Shown here: positions 56,992 to 64,000 of the stretch, in pieces
How the letters are laid out: the number at the start of each line of letters is the position of its first letter
How positions within the stretch are numbered: the stretch's first letter is position 1
Assembly: GCA_036676495.1 (NCBI GenBank)
Contig: JAKFCT010000069.1
Span: 13,486-77,485 of the forward strand
Origin: Candidatus Sericytochromatia bacterium
GTDB lineage: Bacteria > Cyanobacteriota > Sericytochromatia > S15B-MN24 > UBA4093
DNA length: 64,000 bases
Reading direction: 5' to 3'
Position numbers and translations under genes: made by a program
Notes under the pieces: generated by a model
What the model was told of the DNA's origin: nothing
The model's input: only the letters and a program-made list of their open reading frames with translations
Databases searched by the model: none

Positions 56992-58554
56992 TCAAACGGG
57001 CAACGGGGCCGACGTGCGGATCAGGTGGTCGAAGGCCGAGAGGCTGGCCTTCGAGCCTTCGCCCATGGCGATGACGATCTGCTTGTAGGGAACCGTGGTG
57101 CAGTCCCCGGCCGCGAAGACGCCGGGCACCGACGTCTGGCCGCGGGCATCCACCTCGACCTCGCCGCGGTTCGAGAGGTTCAGCGTGCCCTTGAGCCAGT
57201 GGGTGTTCGGCAAGAGCCCGATCTGGACGAAGATGCCTTCCAGCTCGAGGTGCATGGCCTCGCCGCTGATCCGATCCGTGTAGGCCAGGCCGTTCACCTT
57301 GCTGCCGTCCCCGAGGACTTCGGTGGTCTGGGCGTTCACGATGATGGTGGCGTTCGGAAGGCTTTCCAGCTTCCGCTGCAGGACCGCGTCGGCCCGCAGC
57401 TGGCTGTCGAACTCCAGCAGGGTGACGTGCGAGACGATGCCGGCCAGGTCGATGGCAGCCTCGACGCCCGAATTGCCTCCGCCGATCACGGCCACGCGCT
57501 TGCCCGCAAACAGCGGACCGTCGCAGTGGGGACAGAAGGTGACGCCCTTCGTCTTGTACTGGGTCTCGCCGGGCACGTTCATCTCGCGCCAGCGGGCACC
57601 GGTGGCGATGATGACCGAGCGCGCCTTCAGGACGGCGCCGTTGGCGAGCCTGACCTGGTGCAGCACGTCGCCGGGAATGAGCTCCTCGGCGCGCTGCATG
57701 CGCATGATGTCGACGTTGTACTCCAGGACGTGCTGCTCCAGCGCGACCGCGAACTGCGGCCCCTCGGTGTGCTTGACCGAGACGAAGTTCTCGATGGCCA
57801 GGGTATCGAGGACCTGGCCTCCGAAGCGTTCGGCCAGGACGCCGGTGCGGATCCCCTTGCGGGCGGCATAGATGGCCGCCGCGGCGCCGGCGGGGCCACC
57901 GCCCACCACCAGCACGTCGTAGGGCTCCTTGGCGCTGAGCTTCTCGGCGTCGCGCTCCGCCGAGGCCGTATCGACCTTGGCGAGGACCTCCTCGAGGCTC
58001 ATGCGCCCCTGGCCGAACGGCTCGCCGTTGAGGAAGACCGAGGGGACGGCCATGATCTCGCGCGCCGTCACTTCGGCCTGGTTGGCTCCGCCCTCGATCA
58101 TCACGCTGGAGACGTTGGGGTTGAGGACGGCCATCAGGTTGAGGGCCTGGACCACGTCCGGGCAGTTCTGGCAGGTCAGCGAGACGAAGGTCTCGAAGCG
58201 GAACGTCCCCGTGAGGCCCTTGATCTGATCGAGGGTCTCGGCGTCCACCTTGGGAGGATGCCCGCCGGTTTGGAGGAGGGCCAGGACGAGCGAGGTGAAT
58301 TCGTGGCCCATGGGAAGGCCGGCGAACTCGATGCGTCCCGGCTCGCCGGGACGACCCACCGAGAAGGTGGGGCGACGGGAGGCGGTCCCGTCCTCGCGGA
58401 TGCTCACCTTGGGGGACAGGGAGGCGATGTCGGCCAGCAGCTCGCTCATCTGAGTCGAGGTCTCGCTGTCGTCGAGCGAGGCGACAAGCTCAATCGGCTG
58501 CTGAAGTTTTTCGAGGTATGCGGCCAGTTGGGCCTTGATGGATGCGTCGAGCAT
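56992..58554 (-). CDS. ahpF: Alkyl hydroperoxide reductase subunit F
   Basis: [34 protein letters not shown]. Confidence 0.97.
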   Translation of the reverse strand: MLDASIKAQLAAYLEKLQQPIELVASLDDSETSTQMSELLADIASLSPKVSIREDGTASRRPTFSVGRPGEPGRIEFAGLPMGHEFTSLVLALLQTGGHPPKVDAETLDQIKGLTGTFRFETFVSLTCQNCPDVVQALNLMAVLNPNVSSVMIEGGANQAEVTAREIMAVPSVFLNGEPFGQGRMSLEEVLAKVDTASAERDAEKLSAKEPYDVLVVGGGPAGAAAAIYAARKGIRTGVLAERFGGQVLDTLAIENFVSVKHTEGPQFAVALEQHVLEYNVDIMRMQRAEELIPGDVLHQVRLANGAVLKARSVIIATGARWREMNVPGETQYKTKGVTFCPHCDGPLFAGKRVAVIGGGNSGVEAAIDLAGIVSHVTLLEFDSQLRADAVLQRKLESLPNATIIVNAQTTEVLGDGSKVNGLAYTDRISGEAMHLELEGIFVQIGLLPNTHWLKGTLNLSNRGEVEVDARGQTSVPGVFAAGDCTTVPYKQIVIAMGEGSKASLSAFDHLIRTSAPLPV

Positions 58555-58647
58555 AAGGTTTTCCTCCCTGTGGGGTCATGGGGTGCCGTTCCCGCGAGGG
58601 GAACTCCTCTCCCGGAGCGGCTCCGGGAGAGGAAGGGTGACGGGGGC

Positions 58648-59217
58648 TTAGATCTTGCCGACCAGCTCGAGGGACGGGGCCAGCGTCGCCTGACCCTGCT
58701 CCCACTTGGCGGGGCAGACCTCGCCGGGATGGGCGGCGACGTACTGAGCGGCCTTGATCTTGCGGATCAGTTCCTGGGCGTTGCGGCCGATGCCGCCGGC
58801 GTTGACCTCGATGAGCTGGATCTTGCCCGAGGGGTCCATGACGAAGGTGCCGCGCTCGGCGATGCCTTCGTCCTCGATCATCACGCCGAAGTTGCGGGAG
58901 AGGATGCCGGTCGGATCGCCGATCATCGGGAACTGGAGCTTTCCGATGGTCTCCGAAGTGTCATGCCAGGCCTTGTGGGTGAAGTGGGTATCGGTGGAGA
59001 CGGAGTAAATCTCGACTCCCAGCTTCTTGAACTCGTCGTAGTTGTCGGCCAGGTCGCCCAGCTCGGTCGGGCAGACGAAGGTAAAGTCGGCCGGGTAGAA
59101 GAAGACCACCGACCACTTGCCCTTCAGGGTCTCGTTGCTGACGTCGATGAACTTGCCGTTGTGGTAGGCCTTGGCCTTGAAGGGAAGGATCTCGGTGTTG
59201 ATGAGGCTGGTGTTCAT
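58648..59217 (-). CDS. ahpC: Peroxiredoxin AhpC
   Basis: [20 protein letters not shown]. Confidence 0.97.
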   Translation of the reverse strand: MNTSLINTEILPFKAKAYHNGKFIDVSNETLKGKWSVVFFYPADFTFVCPTELGDLADNYDEFKKLGVEIYSVSTDTHFTHKAWHDTSETIGKLQFPMIGDPTGILSRNFGVMIEDEGIAERGTFVMDPSGKIQLIEVNAGGIGRNAQELIRKIKAAQYVAAHPGEVCPAKWEQGQATLAPSLELVGKI

Positions 59218-59283
59218 TCGGTTCTCTCCTATCGGTGGGGGTGGGGGGAAGCCTTCTGAAGTAATCCTAAAACTAGAACTCTT

Positions 59284-59721
59284 CTAAAGCGTGGGTAAAT
59301 AAGCGTGGCGTTTGCCGCGAATCAGCAGCTCCAGCCCCTGGACCTGAAACTCGGGGCCGAGCTTCGGGTCGATCGTGACGCTCTCCGGGGGAAGGTCGAC
59401 GATTTCGCCGGTCTCGACGTCCAGGAAATGGAAATGCTCCCCGACCAGGGGGTCGTAGTGAAGTTTTTCGGAATGCGGGAATTTCAGCTCCTTGAGCAAG
59501 CCTCCCTCCACGAGGATGCGCAGCGTGTTGTAGACCGTCGCCAAGCTCAGCTTGGCAAAGTTGCGATCCGCCCAGTGCTTGATGTCCTCGGCCGTCGGGT
59601 GATCCGCTTCGCAGAGCACATGGCGGCAGATCGCGAGCCGCTGCGCCGTCGGGTTGATACCGGCATGGCGCAGCCGGGCTTCGAGTTCTTCGTAGGTTAA
59701 GCAGTCGCGTCGGTCTTGCAT
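59284..59721 (-). CDS. perR: Fur-family peroxide regulator (PerR-like)
   Basis: T.QR, HPTAE, SLATVYNTL, H.H; directly upstream of ahpC. Confidence 0.85.
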   Translation of the reverse strand: MQDRRDCLTYEELEARLRHAGINPTAQRLAICRHVLCEADHPTAEDIKHWADRNFAKLSLATVYNTLRILVEGGLLKELKFPHSEKLHYDPLVGEHFHFLDVETGEIVDLPPESVTIDPKLGPEFQVQGLELLIRGKRHAYLPTL

Positions 59722-59725
59722 GGTT

Positions 59726-59757
59726 TTAGAATAACTCTAAATTTAATCCTTGTCAAC
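59726..59757 (-). promoter_or_regulatory. Sigma70 promoter with an overlapping Per-box-like 7-1-7 site
   Basis: TTGACA-17-TATTCT-6-ATG; TTAGAATAACTCTAA at 59726-59740; similar site at 59273-59287 before ahpC. Confidence 0.7.
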
Positions 59758-60026
59758 ATCTTGAATCGCGTCAAAATCTCGCGGGGGAGTGCGGCCGCTC
59801 GGGCGCCGCTCCGCGCGGTGTCTGCCGGGAGGCGGCCGGCGGGAAGGCATTGGTGCGAAGTTAGTTGTCTATTAATATATCGTTACCTGGTGGGCGCGTC
59901 CAGTCTTCTCGCGGATCGCGTCCGCGGGGCGTCACGGCCTCGGGCAGGCCGATGCGTTAGGGCGCGATCACGGCACAGGGTGCATGGCGTCGGGTTGAGG
60001 CCACCGAGGGCCCGCCCGGCTCGAGG

Positions 60027-62441
60027 TTAGGCGGGAGAGCCGCTCGCCGGGAGCGCGTGAGGATCGGGGAGGCTCGCTTCGGCGAGCGGGAGCGTGAACC
60101 AGAAGGTGCTGCCGTGGCCGGGCTCGCTCCAGACGCCGATCCGCCCTCCATGCGCCTCGACGATGGCCTTGGCGATGAAGAGCCCGAGACCGGTGCCCGC
60201 CTGGCTTCCTTCCAGGCGCGAGAAGCGCTGGAAGAGCTTGGGCAGGTCGTCCGGCGCGATGCCCGCGCCCGTGTCCTCCACCTCGCAGCGCACGTGCTCG
60301 GTAGTCGTTCGGAGGCGGATGCGGATCGTGCTGCCGGGTTCCGTGTGCTTGATGGCGTTGACCAGGAGGTTGCGGATGGCTTGTTCGAGGCGATGCGGAT
60401 CGAGCTCCAGCTGCGGCGGGGCGTCTCCCACGTCGCAGGAGAGGCTTTGCTGCTTCTGGGCGGCCATGGGAGAGAAATCGGCGACCGCCGCCTCGACCAG
60501 CGTCGCGAGCGAGGCTTCGCGGCGATGCAGCGTGAACTGGCCCGCTTGAAGTTGTCCGGCGTTCAAGAGGTCTCCGAGCAGCAAACTGAGCTGCTCGGCG
60601 TTGCGGTGGATTCGCCCCAGGAACCTTTCGAGCACGGGGTCTGCCGAGGCTCGCCCGAGCAGCCCCAGGGTGTTGATGGCCCCGAGGATCACGCTAATGG
60701 GGGTCTTCAGCTCGTGGCTGACCAGGTTCAGGAACTGCTCCTGCATGGCCTTGGCTTCCTTGAGGGCTTCGATCTGATGGGCTTGGCGCTGTTCCATCCG
60801 CATGTACTCGTAGACCCGCAAGCGCGTGGCGAGGGACTGGTCGAGGTCCTGGATGAGGCGGCGATCGCCCTTCGTGTACGGTAGCTCGGAACGCTTGCTT
60901 CCCAGCTTGATGACCCGGACGACCTCGTTCTGGACCTGGATGTCGAAGGCTTCGGCTTCCGTCAGATCCGAGGGCAGGAGCAAGCCCGATCCGTCTCCTC
61001 CCGGCAGGTCTCCGAACGATCCCAGCAGCCGCCAATAGGGAGGGTGGGCGATCTTCTCGAAGGCGGCTCCGTAGGTGGGATGGAAGGTCCGCTCCAGGAC
61101 CTGGAAGAAAGCCCGGTTCAAATCTTCGCTGCTGAGCGTCTCCTGGGCCAGCTGCGTGAACTCCCGGCGAACGGCGTCGGGATCGTAGGCCGACCGGAAG
61201 AAGGTCTGGTCGAGCCATGCCTTCATCCGGTCCCGAAGGGGAGCGAAGGCCAGCGCGACGATGGCGGTGGCGGCCAGGTTGGCGAAGGCCGAACGCTCTC
61301 CGATCAGGGCGCCCACCAGGGCCAGCACGGAGAAATAGAGCGTGACCAGGACGCCGCTGATGAGCGCGTACGTGAGCGAGGGGCGGACGAGGAGATCGAT
61401 GTCGAAAAGCCCGTGTCGCACGATCGCGATCCCGACGGCCAGGGGCAGCATGGCCGAGAAGATGGCGCCGGCGCTCAAAAGGAGGCCGTTGTGGCCTGAA
61501 ACCAGGGCGAAAAGGAGCCCCAAGGCCGGCACGAGGGCAAGCAGCGAGCCCCAGAGGATGCTCTTGGCCTGGACGCGCTCCCGGGCGGTGCTGCTGGGAC
61601 TCCATGCGCTCCAGAGGACGTTGCCCAGCACGGCGGCCCCGCCCAGTCCCGCGAAGGCGCAGGGCAAGGTGTAGCTCCACTGTGCCCATGCGGCGTGTGG
61701 GTAGGTGAGGATGCTGAAGGCGGCGATCGCGAGCCCCGAGAGGATGAGAACCGCCCGGCGCCTGGGCGCGGAGACGGCGAGCCGGCGGGGAAAGCGCATG
61801 CCCAGGTTCAGGCCGCACGCTCCGAAGAGGCTCAGCCCGAGGAGACTCGGGACATGGTGGGGCCAGAGGTAGGTGGCGGTCGAGTCGAAAAGCGTCAGGA
61901 AGTGAAAGCTGCCGCTGAGGCAAAGGGCGAGGTGCGCGCCGACCAGGCGGTCCCCCGGCCTCAGGAGGAAGACGGCGAGACCGACGACGAGGTAGGCGAT
62001 GCCGGTCAACCAGTTGCCGAGGAAGATGATTCCCCAGTTCCTCATGGGGAAGCGCTGGGTCGGAACGGTCCTTTGAAAGGTCGTTTCGCGGCCGTCCAGG
62101 GTGGTGCGGGCGATCGTGTAGGTCATCGGAGTCCCGATCGGCACGGCCGCGACCCGGGCGTAGAGTTCGGCGCTGGAGCCCAGCGGCTTTTGGTCGATCG
62201 CGAGGATCCGGTCCATGGGGCGCAGGCCCGCCCGGGCGCCCGTCCAGGATTCGGGAATCTGGAAATCGACCTTCTGCCCGCGCAGGAGGGTGAAACCCGG
62301 AAACGGGCGCTCGATCCATGGGATGGCGCGCACCAACAGGACCGTCGCGTAGACGGTGAGCAGGAGGGCGAGGACGGTGGCCAGGACGGCGGCGGGGTGA
62401 AGGGCGATCCGCTGGCGTTCGTCCGTGGATGGAGCGATCAT
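60027..62441 (-). CDS. PDZ + multi-TM sensor histidine kinase
   Basis: [13 protein letters not shown] (PDZ), about 9-10 TM, SHELKTP, NAIKHT, GTGLGL. Confidence 0.88.
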   Translation of the reverse strand: MIAPSTDERQRIALHPAAVLATVLALLLTVYATVLLVRAIPWIERPFPGFTLLRGQKVDFQIPESWTGARAGLRPMDRILAIDQKPLGSSAELYARVAAVPIGTPMTYTIARTTLDGRETTFQRTVPTQRFPMRNWGIIFLGNWLTGIAYLVVGLAVFLLRPGDRLVGAHLALCLSGSFHFLTLFDSTATYLWPHHVPSLLGLSLFGACGLNLGMRFPRRLAVSAPRRRAVLILSGLAIAAFSILTYPHAAWAQWSYTLPCAFAGLGGAAVLGNVLWSAWSPSSTARERVQAKSILWGSLLALVPALGLLFALVSGHNGLLLSAGAIFSAMLPLAVGIAIVRHGLFDIDLLVRPSLTYALISGVLVTLYFSVLALVGALIGERSAFANLAATAIVALAFAPLRDRMKAWLDQTFFRSAYDPDAVRREFTQLAQETLSSEDLNRAFFQVLERTFHPTYGAAFEKIAHPPYWRLLGSFGDLPGGDGSGLLLPSDLTEAEAFDIQVQNEVVRVIKLGSKRSELPYTKGDRRLIQDLDQSLATRLRVYEYMRMEQRQAHQIEALKEAKAMQEQFLNLVSHELKTPISVILGAINTLGLLGRASADPVLERFLGRIHRNAEQLSLLLGDLLNAGQLQAGQFTLHRREASLATLVEAAVADFSPMAAQKQQSLSCDVGDAPPQLELDPHRLEQAIRNLLVNAIKHTEPGSTIRIRLRTTTEHVRCEVEDTGAGIAPDDLPKLFQRFSRLEGSQAGTGLGLFIAKAIVEAHGGRIGVWSEPGHGSTFWFTLPLAEASLPDPHALPASGSPA

Positions 62442-62504
62442 GAGTCTCGGGGCCTCGCGGCGGGGGGTGGTGAGGCAGGCAAGCAAGCAGGGTAAGTATA
62501 GCCC

Positions 62505-63329
62505 ATGCAAAAGCCCTTAGAAACCGTAGATATGCCCCTCCGAGCCCGAATCATGGTCGTAGAGGACGATGAAGACTTGCGTCTCACCCTGGGGGACTGG
62601 CTCACGTTGAGGGGACATGCCGTCTTGGCGGCCTCGGATGGCCTCGAGGCGCTGGAGACCGCGCGCCGGGAGCACTTCGACGTCGTGGTGACGGATCTCA
62701 AGATGCCCCGCTGCGACGGGCTGCACCTGCTCTCCGCCCTGAAGGCCCGGGATCCGCTCGTCCAGGTGATCTTCCTGACCGGTGAGGCCTCGCTGGAAGA
62801 TGCGATCGAGGCCTTGCGCGAAGGGCGCAGCTTTGATTTCCTGCAAAAGCCCTTGCATGATTTCCGGAAGCTCGACGACGTGATCGCGCGAGCGCTGGCG
62901 CATCGCGCCAAGCTGCCGGGCTCCTCTCCGGGGAGCGACGTGGAGGCGTCGTTGCGCCAGGGGTGGCCGGCGGCGCTGGCCCAGGCGATCGCCGAGGAGC
63001 CGGCCCTGCTCATGGCCTTCAACTACATGGAGTCGCACTTTCGCGAGCCCATAGGCCTTCGCGAGGTGGCCTCCGCCACGGAGTACTCGCCGTCCTACCT
63101 CACGCACCTCATGCGCATCAAGACCGGAAAAACGGTCCAGCAATGGATCCTCGACTTCAAGATGGCCGAGGCCAAGTACCTTCTTTCCAGTTCCGACTGG
63201 CCGGTCCAGCGGATCGCCACCGCGCTGGGCTACTCGGATGCCAATTACTTCCATCGCCAGTTCCGCCAGTTGTTCGGCACCTCGCCCCAGAACTGGCGCC
63301 TCGAAGCCGCTTCCGCCCCACGGCCCTGA
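62505..63329 (+). CDS. Response regulator (REC + AraC HTH)
   Basis: VVEDD, TDLKMP, KP; [17 protein letters not shown]. Confidence 0.92.
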   Translation: MQKPLETVDMPLRARIMVVEDDEDLRLTLGDWLTLRGHAVLAASDGLEALETARREHFDVVVTDLKMPRCDGLHLLSALKARDPLVQVIFLTGEASLEDAIEALREGRSFDFLQKPLHDFRKLDDVIARALAHRAKLPGSSPGSDVEASLRQGWPAALAQAIAEEPALLMAFNYMESHFREPIGLREVASATEYSPSYLTHLMRIKTGKTVQQWILDFKMAEAKYLLSSSDWPVQRIATALGYSDANYFHRQFRQLFGTSPQNWRLEAASAPRP

Positions 63330-63736
63330 CCCTCGGTCCGGCATGCGCGGGCGACCCCGTGACGGCGGTGGCGCAAGAACGATAGATTGGCCTACCCGAT
63401 CGATAAATCCTCCATAGGAAGCTCTGACGCTCTCCGACTATGCTGGCCAAGGACCCTCGAACCCGGGGGACCTCCTATTGGGGCACTCGAAGGAGAGCAC
63501 GATGAAGCTGATCCTGGTGAGTTATCTGCTCGTGAGCGTGGCGTCGCACCTTTGGATGCGCGCCTTGATCGCCGATGCCCCGGTCTTGGACGAGGAGCGT
63601 CCAAGCTATTGAGCCTCCTGCTTCCGGCCAAGAACGAAAAATAATGCAGCCCCATCGATAGTTCTTCCATTGAGGTGCGTTGCCCGTCTCTGCGAAGCTG
63701 GAGATTCGTGAATTTTCCCGCTTTTTAGGAGATGGC

Positions 63737-64000
63737 ATGTCACGCATTCTTCTCACCGCCTTGCTGGGCGTGGGGCTGCTCTCGGGCTGCCCCGCGCCAG
63801 GAGCCGACACTTCCGACAAGCCGGGCGAGACGCCGCCCTTCAAGACGCAAACGAGCCTCACGCTCAGTCTCTCGGGAGCCGTCCTCCGGGTGGCCCAGGT
63901 CGAGACGGCGCTCTTCAAGCTCGAAGGGGATACGGAAGTGGCCGTGCCCAGTACCGCCCTCACGCATGACCGGGGCGAGCTGCCTCGGGCCCTTCCCTTG
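63737..64000 (+). CDS. Lipoprotein, partial (runs off the window)
   Basis: AGGAG RBS; MSRILLTALLGVGLLSGC lipobox. Confidence 0.6.
   Translation, partial: MSRILLTALLGVGLLSGCPAPGADTSDKPGETPPFKTQTSLTLSLSGAVLRVAQVETALFKLEGDTEVAVPSTALTHDRGELPRALPL

Noticed and set aside
19193-59259. Long antisense ORFs (e.g. 19193-20953, 47552-49597, 56812-59259)
   Set aside because: Shadow frames of high-GC genes with no recognisable motifs.

Overview
GC-rich bacterial window. The host is inferred to be a non-photosynthetic cyanobacterial relative such as Sericytochromatia, based on a cyanobacterial-type tRNA-Pro(GGG), a MetRS with KMGKS and a DUF3370 gene. There are three zones. (1) 1-22.8 kb is an accessory region running out from the 3' end of tRNA-Pro(GGG). 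It is punctuated by five repeated junctions (~5749, 10849, ~13830, 14680, 18808) that carry copies of the tRNA 3' end, most with a terminator-like hairpin. Four are followed by the same cryptic helical peptide tail ending in a stop. A large serine recombinase remnant reads through the tRNA att site. Cargo includes a rifamycin glycosyltransferase with an RAE palindrome, an ABC-F with a start-stop uORF attenuator-like leader, an arsenic operon, an S8 protease, PEP carboxylase and IS3 debris. (2) 22.9-49.7 kb is mostly core genes (metG, tatD, nth, phnD, yraN, ABC iron/B12 transporter, cheW, ruvX, sppA, rnd, ODP, tcdA, folE, anti-sigma pair) and tRNAs Phe, Pro(CGG) and Val. (3) 49.7-64 kb is a second accessory region after tRNA-Val, with a TetR/DUF5069/SDR module, a second folE, perR-ahpC-ahpF-aac(3) and a PDZ histidine kinase with an AraC response regulator. 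All family assignments are from motif recognition by eye, with no database searches.
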